From Octopus vulgaris (Eukaryota), in NCBI GenBank assembly GCA_951406725.2, contig OX597819.1, positions 47,244,001 to 47,308,000 on the forward strand: a stretch of 64,000 bases of DNA, read 5' to 3'. The notes beneath the pieces are model-generated. The model was not told the DNA's origin. It made no database searches and was given only the letters and a program-made list of their open reading frames with translations. Below are positions 51,760 through 64,000 of the stretch, piece by piece (positions within the stretch are counted from its first letter, which is position 1; each line of letters begins with the position of its first letter). Made by a program: the position numbers and the translations under genes.

Positions 51760-52868
51760 ATCCAAACATGAAAACACAAAAGAGAAAACACAACAACGCA
51801 AGGACGTGGAACAAGTATATATATAGACTAGCAGCATAGCCCGGGTATGTAAGAGCCCCTAGTAGGCAACGACTAATCCCAATCTAGTCCTTTCCCCCTA
51901 GGGAACGAAGGCGCATGTGTAGGTTGCAATGTCTTCTCTTCACTCGAATACTTCTGTGTATACGATGTTCCTAGCTGTCCCTTTGGGCAAAAACATAAAC
52001 ATCATTGCGCCTCCCAAGAGAGTTAAAAAGGCCGAGTTACGTCCCCTAGACAGTCTGTGGTTTGTGTTTAATACACAAATCGGTTTGCTATGTGTGCCAC
52101 ATATGATTTAATTAACCAATTTTTTCCAGTAATAAAGTATCCTATTGGAATAATAAGGGCCATATAGCTCCTTGGAACAGACATGATGCTCGCTGTGAAT
52201 TAAAAAAAAATTCCTGCCAATTTATGAAAGATATTGTCGAAAATATGTCATCTTGAATTTGAACGCGATTTCCCAAAATGGCATGATTTTATCGATTTTT
52301 TTCTGATGGTAAGGTATTGCATGGAAAACTAACGTTAGAATTAAGTTTCTTAGGGTAACATTAAACTTCACCATGAGTTTGGTGAAAATCGATTGCAAGT
52401 TGCGAAAACTACAACAGAAAATGTGTTGCATATAAGAAGCTTAGATTCTCGACCTCATGTCGAATTTATCAATTTTTTTCAGAACTGGGGGAACTTTTCA
52501 AAATTTTCACTGTGTTAGTTTTGAATTATGACATTGGGCTATGTGTGTGTCAAGTTTCATCAGAATCGGTTGAAAGCCGTGGTCAGGGTGAGGGTACAAC
52601 CTGACAGACAAACTGCCGTTTATATATAGAGAGATACATATATATATGTATGTATATGTTTCTGCGCCGGTGTTTGTCCCCCCAACATCGCTTGACAACT
52701 GATACTGGTGTGTTTACATCCCTATAACTTAGCAGTTCAGCAAAATAGACCGATAAAATAGGTACTAGGCTTACAAAGAATAAGTCCTGAGGTCGATTTG
52801 CTCAACTAAAGGCGGTGCTCCAGTATGGTCACAGTCAAATGACTGAAGCAAGTAAAAAAGTAAAAGAG
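51570..52868 (+). mobile_element. SINE family A split by a Helitron in its central microsatellite
   Basis: Head 51570-51725, tail 52635-52868. Confidence 0.8.
51828..52634 (-). mobile_element. Non-autonomous Helitron
   Basis: TC...CTAG termini; 5' part shared with the 58657 copy. Confidence 0.75.
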
Positions 52869-52963
52869 GTCACCACCAACATAAGGTCCATTTAAAGCTG
52901 AAAAAATTATAATGATACTCCTCCATTTCACCAATCTAATGCTATTCTCCATTTTTGTCACAG

Positions 52964-53113
52964 GCTGGGAAGGTTATAAAAAGCTCTAGTGGTTTTAAAG
53001 GCAAGGGTTTCAAGTTTGACGAAAGTGAAGCTCAGTTGGCCGATGACCGCAAGAAACAACAGAAAGCTGCCCTTGGCTTACAAGACTCTGATGAAGAAGA
53101 TGCTGGCTTTGAT
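52964..53113 (+). CDS. DDX46: DDX46 exon 17
   Basis: AGKVIKSSSGFKGKGFKFDESEAQLADDRKKQQKAALGLQDSDEEDAGFD. Confidence 0.95.
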
Positions 53114-53542
53114 GTAAGTATTCTGCTCTTGTGTGGTTTGAATGGTCAGTTGATGTCTTGCAGTTTTATGTTTTTATTTATACAATCATCATTGTTGTCA
53201 ATATTATCATCAACTAAGGCAGTAAACTGACAGAATCGTTAGCATGCCAGGCGAAATGCTTAGCAGCATTTCCTAATGCAGCAAGCTGGCAGAATCGTTA
53301 GCACACCGGACAAAATGCTTAGCGGCATTTCATCCGTCTTTGCGTTCTGAGTTCAAATTCCTCCGGGGTTGATTTTGCCTTTCGTCCTTTCAGGGTCAAT
53401 GAAATAATTACCAGTTGAGCACTGGAGTTGATGTTATTGATTTACCCCTCTCCTTGAAGTTGCTGACCTTGTGGCCAAAATTTGAAACCAATATTATCAT
53501 CACCAAAGTAGCTCTCATACTTCTCTTTTTTGTCTTCACCAG

Positions 53543-53818
53543 ATTGAGCAGCATATCGAAGACATGTTTGCCAGCCGTAAGAAAGTCACTGATGTCACCA
53601 AACCAGTCGTACCAGTCCCAATGCAGCAACAGCAACAACAACAGCAGCAACAGGCCAGTCAGACGAACGTCACTAACCAACAGAAGCTAGAGTTGGCTAA
53701 ACGTGTAGCCGCAAGGATCAACATAGCCAAGAAACTGGGACCAGAATCACAAGATATTATTCAACAAGCTGCCTCTGCCATCCTGAAAGGAGGTGGAGTT
53801 TCTGCACCTCAGGTTGCT
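53543..53818 (+). CDS. DDX46: DDX46 exon 18 (contains Q10 tract)
   Basis: IEQHIEDMFASRKKV...QQKLELAKRVAARINIAKKLGPESQDIIQQAASAILKGG...QVA; donor gtcagt. Confidence 0.92.
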
Positions 53819-54814
53819 GTCAGTATCTCTTTTGTTACATCACAAACCCCATTTGTCATCGTTTTACTTTCACTTTTTCAATACTAAAACAGGTTGGACA
53901 GATCTGGAATATGTTCTTGTGTTATCTCTCTATTTCGTGAGATTTTTTCTTTTCCTTTTGTTAAAATAATTTGTTACCTTTTCCTATTGTCAACCATTGT
54001 AACAAAGGAATATGAATGTGTTCATGAAGACATCCACTCTGGAGAAGTTGTCTTCCCAGGTTTGGAATTTTCTGCATGTAGTATCAGTTCAAAGTGCTGA
54101 CAGTAAAATAGATCATTAAGAAATTGTAATGTTGCTCAGCTGTCAAAACAGCTTTCTTTACTTCTTTTTTTTTTTTTGTCAGTACACATTACAAAGATAC
54201 AAACCCTGAAATAAAAGACACCTAAATACTGATAATAGCAATAGACATATAAAACTTTCAAGGAATACCATCCAGTGATAGCTCTCGCACACACATGGGC
54301 TGTAGATCAGTTCAAACATGTCCCAAGCATAAAGTTTGTATATTTTACACCAATACTTCCAGCAACACCTATACATCACATTCTTCATGCAAACATCATC
54401 ATCATCATCGTTTAACGTCCGTTCTCCGTGCTAGCATGGGTTGGATGGTTCAACCGGGGTCTGGGAAGCCAGGGGCTGCACCAGGCTCCAGTTTGATCTG
54501 GCAGTGTTTCTACAGCTGAATGCCCTTCCTAACGCCAACCACTCCGCGAGTGTAGTGGGTGCTTTTTACGTGCCAGTGGAGTCTGGCAGCAGCCACGATC
54601 GGTTGGTGCTTTTTACGTGCCACCGGCCTTATCATTAAAACGTTTAGCTCATAGTTCTCATAAGAAACAACAAGCTAACCAATGCATGTTTGTACATATA
54701 CATGCACATACATAGTCATTCCATGTACTTTAATTTTTTTTCCATTGACATCTATAAAGCAACGTTGATAGGTTATTGATCAGTGTGACTTACCGAATGA
54801 ATATCTTTTTGTAG

Positions 54815-54991
54815 TCAAAGACAATTGCTGAGCAGACAGCTGAGAAGATCAATGCCAAGCTTGGCTACCGACCAGCAGCTGAGGAAGAGAAAGAAGGACA
54901 AGAACAAAGCACAGAGACATTCAAGCGCTATGAAGAGGAACTGGAAATAAATGATTTCCCACAGACTGCACGTTGGAAGGTTACATCAAAG
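54815..54991 (+). CDS. DDX46: DDX46 exon 19
   Basis: SKTIAEQTAEKINAKLGY...FKRYEEELEINDFPQTARWKVTSK, start of the C-terminal KH-like domain. Confidence 0.95.
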
Positions 54992-56309
54992 GTCAGAAAA
55001 CTCTTCACAGATATTACATTATTATTATTATTATTGTTGTTGTTGTTGCTGATATGTAAAGGCAGTGAACTGGCAGAATCATTAGCACACCAGACATAAT
55101 GCGTGGCAGGATTTCATCCATCTTGGCATTCTGAGTTCAAATTCTGCCGTGGTTGACTTTGTCTTTCGTTCTTTCAGAGTATATAAAATAAGTACCAGTC
55201 AAATACTAATGTCAATGAAACCAACTAGCTCTCTCCCCCAAAATTTCAGGCTTTGTGCCCACTATAGAAAGCATTGTTATTATTATTATCAATGTGGCGA
55301 GCTTGGTAGAATCATTAACATGCTGGGTCAAATACTTATTACTATTACGTTTGTCTTTGCTTCCTAAGATCAAATTCTGCCATGGTCGATTTTGACTTTC
55401 ATCCTTTCAGGGTCAATGAAATAAGCACTGGAGTCAAGGTAATCGACCATCCACCTCTACCAAATTTTCAGGCCTCGTGCCTATAATAGAAAGGATTGTT
55501 GTTGTTGTTGTTATTGTGTGTTGGAGCATGTGTATGGCTATGTACCAATATGAGAAATTATTGTGAAGACAATGGCAGTAGACTAGCATATTGTTTAAGC
55601 ACTAGCCTAAATGCCTTTCAGTTCTATATTAAAATCCATATTAATTTAGCTGAGATCTTCTTCGTCTTTCATCCTTCTCAGGATCAGTAAAGGAAAATTC
55701 CAGTCAGATTCTTTATTTTATCAACCCTGAATTCATCATCATCATTTTTAACATCAGTACTGGCATGAGTTGGATGGTTTGACAGGAGCTGGCCAACTAG
55801 AGAACTGGATGCCCTTCTTAACACCATCCACTCTACAGAGTGTACTGGGTACTTTTTAACATGGCACTAGCACAGGCACAGCACTTTTGCATGGACACCT
55901 TCACATGCTAGTGGTACAGGTGCTTTCATGTGGTACCAGTACCCACAAGCCCGCAAAACTAGGGCTCTCAGCTAAGAGAAGGATGTAGAGGACATGCTTT
56001 TATGTATGGATAGCTGCAATTTTTACTTAGCTTGACATTTCTTTTCAAGCACATCTAATCGCCAGAAGTTTTGTTCCCTTATCATCTCTGTGGGGCCCAT
56101 CCCACATCTTTCTGAGTCTATCCTTTCCACACATTCCCTCCTTCTAAATTATTCAATAGTTTCTTTCATTTGTATCATACTTCGTATGTTTCAGTATAAA
56201 ATTGTCTTTATAAGAAACAATTTTTGGTCTCATTTTCATTGTTCTTGTTATTTTTATTACTATCATCACCATCCAGTCTTAAAAATATATCTTTGTATCT
56301 ATTTTATAG

Positions 56310-56501
56310 GAAGCTCTTGCCCAAATCTGTGAATATTCTGAAGCAGGTATAACGGTGAGAGGAACCTTCATCCCAACTGGAAAAGAACCAAAAGAAGGAG
56401 AACGTAAACTCTACCTTGCTATTGAAGCTACTAATGAACTAGCTGTACAGAAAGCCAAGAAGGAGATCACTCGATTAATTAAAGATGAATTGGTCAGATT
56501 G
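56310..56501 (+). CDS. DDX46: DDX46 exon 20
   Basis: EALAQICEYSEAGITVRGTFIPTGKEPKEGERKLYLAIEATNELAVQKAKKEITRLIKDELVRL. Confidence 0.95.
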
Positions 56502-57356
56502 GTAAGATATTTTCTAATTTATCTTTTCTGGAGACTGTCTATGGCTGTCTTTGATCTGCTTGAAATAAATAACAGCCAAATCCTTTCCAAATCATATCCT
56601 AATGTCTTAAAACAGCAGTGTAATATTGGTCATAGTTAAAACACCTTGATAATAGGTGCAGGCGTGGGTGTGGTAAGAAGCTTGTTTCCAGGTGACCTTG
56701 GGCAAGTGTCTTCTACTATAGCCTCAGGCCAACCAAAGCCTTGTGAGTGGATTTGGTAGACGGAAACTGGAAAAAACCTGTCATATATATATGTCTGTGT
56801 TTGTCCCTCACCACCACTTGACAACCGATGTTGGTATGTTTACATCCCTATAACTTAGCACTTCGATAAAAGAGGTTGATAGAATGGATACCAGGCTTTT
56901 AAAAAAAAAATAAGTACTGGAGTCAATTCATTCAACTAAAAATTCTACAAGCCAGTACTCCAGCATGGCCACAGTCTAATGACTGAAACAAGTGAAAGAT
57001 AAATATCTTAAAAGAGGCACACTGGACAACGTAATCCAGGTTGGATGGTCATAGCTGGAACATATTGATTGTAGCTTGACAAGATCAAAACTCCTTGGAG
57101 CTGGCTGAGCTCTTTCTACCCCCATTCAAGTGTCCCTTTCCTTTCCTCTCATCACCATTGTCTTCTGTAGAGAAGCAGTCTATTTACAAGGGGTGTACTG
57201 CTATCTCCCAAATGCTTAAACTATTACAAAATGGAATTAACTGTCATATGACACAACCACTGAAATTTCGTTTTAATTTAATTTTTCTGCAATGGATTCA
57301 AAAAAGGAAACAGAAAACATTTGAAGAAAAAATTTGTTTTGTTGCTTTACCAAATA

Positions 57357-57854
57357 ATAGTAGTATCGCTCGGGTTTGTAAGGGAAATAACTATATAAGC
57401 ATTTTTAGAGAGTTACTTCCCTTATAGATGCCAATTCGGGCTTTCTTAGCCATTTCTGTTTTGGTGTCTTCAAGCCATGAAGTCGTTCTAAAAGAACGCT
57501 GGTCTCCTTGACAACGCTTTACGACGTTGATTTCCTTATACTCCCTTCCCCCACAGCTTCACGAGGGAGGGGAGAAGCAAACACAGGTGCAGGTGTTTGA
57601 GCGTGGACGCCAACTCCGCCGCCATCGACATACGAAAAATTATGCATTAAAATGGAATAAAAAATGATGTTAAATTATTTTTAAAATCGTAGGCTCATCG
57701 TAGACGCGCGCTAATAGCCAGACGGGCTCGATATTAATCACGACTATAAGATACCCGAATTTGGTTAAACTGCACCGCAAAATGTGGGAGGAGTTAGGAA
57801 TCTAAATCGAAGGGGACAGACACTCACACAACTACAGTTTTATATATATATAGA
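57357..57854 (-). mobile_element. Non-autonomous Helitron
   Basis: Both ends homologous to the 36797 copy; different middle; 3' end degenerate. Confidence 0.75.
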
Positions 57855-58450
57855 TAGATGTGCTTACCATGGTGTTTGAGAACGAAGTTACTTCCCTTGA
57901 GCGTGGAAACTTTTTCTTCATGTTGACACTAGTTAGTTTTCTTGATTAAGATACTCGAGACTTAAATGCTTCTTTTGGAATTCTATCCAAAGTAGAGCTA
58001 CTCTTCATCATCGTTTTTTTTTTTTTCATTCTTCCACTCCACACACGCTTGCATAGGTTTGGCAGTTCCAAAACCAATTGCAATCCTTTTTTCATCTAGC
58101 ACACAGCAACCAAGAAAATCATTACTTTGATTCTGGGTCACAGATTTAAAAAAAATTTTTTGGAAGCTGTTTGATGCTTTATTTTTTTTTTTAACTACCA
58201 ACCATATTACTGTGTGTTTTAGATACAGTTTATTTTGCTACCAGTTCTTGAAGATGTTAACTAGAGCAAGAGTTCAATGTCCCTTTTACCCCATATCAGT
58301 TTTTAATGGGAGTTATCACCATCCGGGACAGGTTGCCTGGGCTGCAGTGTGCATGTCTCCTTCATTTTTGGACATACAGTCATCCCTTGCCATAAATGAG
58401 GTTCACCTATTGTGCACTCAGTACATCATGGATTTTTCTGGCTAATATAT

Positions 58451-59145
58451 ACTCTTTACTCTTTTACTTGTTTCAGTCATTTGACTGCGGCCATGCTGGA
58501 GCACCGCCTTTAATCGAACAACTCGACCCCGGGACTTATTCTTTCGGTCTCTTTTGCCGAACCGCTAAGTGACGGGGACGTAAACACACCAGCATCGGTT
58601 GTCAAACAATGCTAGGGGGACAAACACAGATACACAAACACACACACGCATATATATCTCTCTATATATAAACGGCAGTTTGTCTGTGCGTGTTTCTGTG
58701 TGTCTGTTTGCTTGTACCCTCACCCTGACCACGGCTTTCAATCGATTCTGATGAAACTTGACACACACATAGCCCAATGTCATAATTCAAAACTAACGCA
58801 GCGAAAATTTTGAAAAGTTCCCCCAGTTCTGAAAAAAATCGATAAAATCGACATGGGGTCGAGAATCAGAAACAAACCACAGACTGTCTAGGGGACGCAA
58901 CTCAACCTTTTTTAACTCAAAAAAAAATTTACCATCATTTTTTGGCTATAACTCTCTAAAAATGCTTTATAGTTATTTCCCTTACAAACCTGAGCAACGC
59001 CGGGCGATACTGCTAGTATACATATATATGACAGGCTTCTTTCAGTTTCCGTCTACCAAATCCACTCACAAGGCTTTGGTCGGCCCGAGGCTATAGTAGA
59101 AGACATTGGTAAACAAGCTACTTAACACACAGCCACTCCTGCGCC
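58451..59145 (-). mobile_element. SINE family A split by a Helitron in its central microsatellite
   Basis: Tail 58451-58656, head 59017-59145. Confidence 0.8.
58657..59016 (+). mobile_element. Non-autonomous Helitron
   Basis: A|TCTCTCTATATATA...CCTGAGCAACGCCGGGCGATACTGCTAG|T. Confidence 0.8.
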
Positions 59146-59478
59146 TATGTAATTTTATATCGCGGACTCCTCGGTATATCCAGGTTTCTGCAGCCAATAT
59201 TTATATTTAAGATTTTAATTATTTCTGTGGGAGGTTTTGGAACATAACACCCACAATGGTCAAGGGGTTATTGTACTTTCAAAATGATTATTTCGTTTGG
59301 TTAACATTTCTCTATTTGCATATCCTTTTCTTTGTAGTTATTTATAACTTCATACTTTATTGTAAATATCTTTAAAACACTGTCTATAAGGCAATGATTT
59401 TTATTTTATATTATTTTTACATAATTATTTTACAGAGCTGGAATTTTATTTTCATCTTAATTTTCTCCATTATTTCAG

Positions 59479-59526
59479 CAAAACTCATACCAACCAACAA
59501 GTAAAGGCCGATACAAAGTACTGTAA
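59479..59526 (+). CDS. DDX46: DDX46 exon 21 (last coding exon)
   Basis: QNSYQPTSKGRYKVL*, the characteristic DDX46 C-terminus; summed CDS 3039 nt = 1012 aa + stop. Confidence 0.95.
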   Translation, partial: QNSYQPTSKGRYKVL

Positions 59527-59636
59527 TTTGTTCCAACCAAACTGTTCAACAAGCCTTTATAAAATTAGTACAAATATTTCAGCGCAAACAGACTATATAG
59601 ACTTTATGAAGAATGGAAAAACAACTTCCTAAAAGA

Positions 59637-59642
59637 AATAAA
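59637..59642 (+). terminator. Candidate polyadenylation signal of DDX46
   Basis: First AATAAA after the stop, followed by a T-rich tract; another AATAAA occurs near 59762. Confidence 0.4.
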
Positions 59643-60599
59643 TAACCACGGTTTTTCTTTCCATTTTTCCTCATTTCACATCATGCATCCTTGAACTAAA
59701 ATATCATACTAGGAAAGAGAAGAAAAAAAATTAAAAGATTTTAAATTAAAGGCAACACCTTAATAAAACCAACCAGTTCTTGTTTATTTATCCAATTCTT
59801 TTTTATTTCACCCTTTCCTCTTTTAATTTTGCCCCCTTCTAAAATTGTTGAGTTAGTGAAACATTTGAGCTGACAGGTTTTATTTTTCCTGTCATTTAAT
59901 CTAAATTTTTGTCTACCTTTCATTTAATTCTTGTCACATAATTTGGTGCAACAACTTACTTTTCAAACCTAAATTTAATTCCCCATTTCACTTTTAGATA
60001 GCAATATGAACTCCTTAAATTATTTTCTATTATCACAATTATAATTTAAATAGTAGTTTGCCTTGTAAATAACAGAAAAATATACTGAGGGTTGTTTGTG
60101 AATATTGAAAAAAATGTTTATTTTTATGTATAGCTACCAGTAGATGTTTCATGTAAAAAAAAAAAAAAAGAAAAAAAAACAGGTAATATTTCTTGATCTG
60201 ATGGGTTTTAAGATAACTGTTTTTATTAAAATCCATACATGGGCCAACTTACTGTTTGTGTTCTTTGATTTCATTTGCTTTAGATTTACTTCCATGCTAA
60301 TTTTCCTTTTTTATAAAACTTCCAGTGTCAATGTTTAATTCAGTTTCAGCAATACTTTGTTTTCATCTATAATGATGATCATATAATCAATATTGTATCA
60401 CGACTGGCTGTATTTCCTCTTAAGAAACACCAAAGCATAGCAGTTTACAAAACATACAGAATGGAGTATCCACTACTTACAAATACAGGCTTCCAGTATA
60501 TTAAGAAAGTCTTCACTCAATAAACACTGACCCACACTACTAACAGGCTATAGACTTTCGTTGTGCATACATAGTTTTATGTGTCTTAAGTTAAAGGTG

Positions 60600-60975
60600 G
60601 GAAAGTGAACATGTGTAGACTTGTGATTACGATTGTTAAACTAAGACTCAACTTAGGATAATGTAACAGTGACATTTTTCTCTACATATGCCCCTCGTGC
60701 TAGGCTGGCAGAGGATCAGAAGGACCAGTTTTATGAGGTTCTTCTGCAGACTACCTTGATGGCAGATGACACTGACTTTACTATTGTGGCTGGTGACTTT
60801 GATGGACATGTTGGACAGCACTCCAACAGATTTCATGATATGCGTGGTGGTTATAACTGATTCTAGAAATGAGGAGGGAACAGGGTTGCTGGAGTTTTGT
60901 GATGCAAATGGCTTATTAATCTGCAACACTATCTTCAGAAAACTTGCCAGCCACCTAATCACCTAACAATCTGTA
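60600..60975 (+). mobile_element. LINE (RTE-like) AP-endonuclease fragment
   Basis: STYAP...KDQFYE...IVAGDFDGHVG...RNEEGTGLLEFCDANGLLICNTIFRK. Confidence 0.85.
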
Positions 60976-63900
60976 GACATATAACAGGGAACAACCGAAG
61001 GTTCTTACAGAACAACCTACTGAATGTGACAAGACTAAATCTGGCTGGGGCATATTTTCAGTAAGACCTGGGGTAACAGGTTTCTTCATCCATTACATTC
61101 AACACCTAACATAGAACCATTGCCCCCTCTTCTTTTCAAATATTAACCTCTTCCCCCACATGGTTGACAGTAAGAAAGGCATCCAGCCATGGAAACCACA
61201 CCAAAGTTGATACTGGAGCTTGACATGACGTTATGGCTCACCAGATCCTGTCACATCATCCAACCCATGCCAACATGGAAAACATTAAATGATAATGGTG
61301 AAAAGAGGGGAAAGAATAAACATTTTGAAAAATTTTGGTATTGGGTGTTTGATTTATCGTTTCCCAAATTATGAAAAATGATACAGAAAAATTGACAGAT
61401 GGTTAGAAACTGTCTTTTCCAAGTAGCTACATGTATGAGTTGCTGGGTCACAACAGAACAGAAAGGCTTCATTAAAGTGTAATGCATCGTGGACAAATCA
61501 TTAGTTCAACAGAAATTATCTTAGTTTTGCAAATGTATTAAACTTGCCTCATAGATTCAGCCTTGCTAAAAGCTTACCATCACCACTCCATGGCATTCAC
61601 TTGAAAGAAGAACTGAAGTACAACTCGTAAGAATGAAAGCGTGAAATTAATTTTATTCTCGTGAGTGATTGAATAGTATGATAATTTGTCTTATTGAAAT
61701 AAAATAGAAAAAGAGAACATTTGGAGAAACAAATACATCCAGGTACACATACATAGAGAGAGTGAGGATAGAGAGAATTGGGTGTCATGCATTTCACATT
61801 CACATAACTTTCTTATGGTGCACTTTTTTACATTCATTTCACATTCATTCACAGATTCCATTACATATCAACATATCAGGTTCTAAAGAAAAGGCATGGT
61901 TTTACCTTTTTTTTTTCTTTTTTTCAAGTCTACATAGCCCTGTATCACTGATTCTACCTATTCAGGCTATCAATTTAAACTTGGTCCTACTGACTTCAAC
62001 ACACATCACAAAATGCTTGTTTGAAGAGAACAAAGTGGCTCATGAAAAATATAAAAACAGAAATTTTTTAAAATAAATAAAATGAACTAAAAACTCTTTC
62101 ACTTATCACATACATTGTACACTTGCTGAGCATATGCATATCACATATTTACTTTACTTTCTTAAGTTTACTTCTCTCCACACATTGAACTCTTTAAAGC
62201 TGTTTTTGTGATGACAGAATTTTTCTTAGGTGATTATGATGAAAAATAAAGGGATGAATTATCTGAAGTCAAATAGTCAGTTTGCACCTGCTAACCATTC
62301 AGTATATGACATTGGCACTGGAGGAAGGAAAACAGGGGGAAAAAGGACTGAGTCAAGAATACTTTGGCGGTGCACATTCCAGGAAGACCTCAAATTTCAA
62401 CCAGTTGAACAGATCTGGAAAGAACTACCACAGATTGACCATGCTGGTGGAAACTTGCTGCCTTATGTCTCCCACGAGAGAAGAACCTAAATCTAAGTTG
62501 GTCACCACAAAAACTGATGAAAGCTATGCTCATTTTCACATGCTATCCAAAAATTTCTCTCACATTTCTAAAACTCAATCTTTTGACACCCTAACTCTAT
62601 TTTAATGGCAGCATGTAAGACATCAAAATTTAATTAGAAGTAAAAAAAAAAAAAAATTTTAAACAAGATGTATCAAAATTTCAGCTCTCTTCCATCAGAT
62701 CCCACAAGTAATTAGCCACAAAGAAACCTGAATTCTTCCTGCTGTTCAAAGTAAACGGCTTGAGAAATCCATGTTTAGAAATATCTGTGGAATCAGTTAA
62801 GGTTAAATACAAAATGGCATTAAAATAGCAAAGTTTTAATGGTGAAAAATGATAATGATTTCAAATTTGGGTACAAAGACAGAAATTTTAGAGGGAGGGA
62901 GTAAATCAACCCCAATGTAGTGTTTAACTAGTACTTTGATTTATTGACCCTGGAAGGATAAAAAGCATAGTTGACCTCAGTAGCATTTGAACTGAGAAAT
63001 GTTAAGCCAGAAAAAAGCATTTTTGTCAGCCATGCTAATAATTCTGCCAACTCACTGCCTTGCTGAGAAAAATTACGATTTCATACATCAGTACACAAGA
63101 AGAGGTGGGGGTTAGAATACCATAGTTCAATCCCAGTATGTTACTGTTACTTGTTTCATTTACCCTGGATGAATGAAAAGGTAAAATAGAACCCAGGGGC
63201 ATTTGAAGTTAGGGAGGATGTATTTTATCTTTTCTAGAGCACTCCACTACTCTAATAATAGTTTCTGATTTAGGCACAAGGCCAGCAATTTTGAGGGGTG
63301 GCTGGTAGTGAAATACATTCACCCTGAAAGGACGAAAGACAAAGTTGACTTCAGCCTGTAGAATTTGAACGCAGGAAATAAAGAGCTGGAAGGAATGCCA
63401 TTCAGCATTTTGTCTGACCTGCTAATGATTCTGCCAGCTCACTACCTTCCACTACCCTAATAATAATGATTTCTAACATAGATACAAAACCCTAAATTAA
63501 GGTGAGGTTTATAGGCAATGAAACTGTCTCCAGCTCTACAATGATGAACTGTAAAAATTAACATCAATGAGTTATAAATCTTTATATAACAATCTGCCTG
63601 AAACTACCCCTTCCCACACTCTATGATAAAAAATTCTTTCCTTTTAATCCTTCAGCATTTAAACGGGCCATATCTGGTCCAGCTACTCTACCCATTTTAT
63701 GTTTGATCCAGCCTTTCACACCTACCCTACAATGTTAGTCTAAAAGATATAGCCACATCATCAAAACCTCAAAGCTACATGATATCATCATCGTTTAATG
63801 TCCGTTTTCCATGCTGGTGTGGGTTGGACGGTTCAACAGGAGTCTGGGAAGCGAGGAAGCTGTACCAGGCTCCAATCTGATCTAGCAGTGTTTCTACAGC

Positions 63901-64000
63901 TGGATGCCCTTCCTAACACCAACCACTCCGAGAATGATTAATTCAAAACAGTGTGAATAAATAAGAATTACATTTGACAGAATAATCTGAATGCTAAAGG

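Noticed and set aside
60980-64000. A third gene downstream of DDX46
   Set aside because: No recognisable coding exons; only repeat fragments and short AT-rich ORFs.

Overview
AT-rich, repeat-dense eukaryotic genomic DNA; the SINE/RTE/microsatellite landscape suggests a cephalopod, probably Octopus (inference). Two intron-rich housekeeping genes sit head-to-head around a ~300 bp shared promoter at ~13.6-13.95 kb. GAR1 (H/ACA snoRNP subunit) is on the minus strand: five coding exons plus a probable non-coding first exon, with the C-terminal RGG exon(s) beyond the left edge. A complete DDX46/Prp5 DEAD-box helicase gene is on the plus strand: 21 hand-spliced exons, 13943-59526, 1012 aa. Almost all ORF-track entries are spurious repeat/intron ORFs. 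Introns hold tRNA-derived SINEs, 5'-truncated RTE LINE tails, Helitrons, and piggyBac, Tc1/mariner, Tigger and hAT relics, often nested. Best observations: a clear U12-type GT-AG intron in GAR1; a near-complete type-I hammerhead ribozyme with an unusually long helix II in a DDX46 intron, plus degenerate relatives; a 98-bp TIR/9-bp-TSD MITE carrying a telomere-like G4 motif; a MITE resembling mammalian Tigger4/MER46; a duplicated decoy splice acceptor; and inverted SINE pairs flanking exons. No database searches were run; family names come from recalled motifs.
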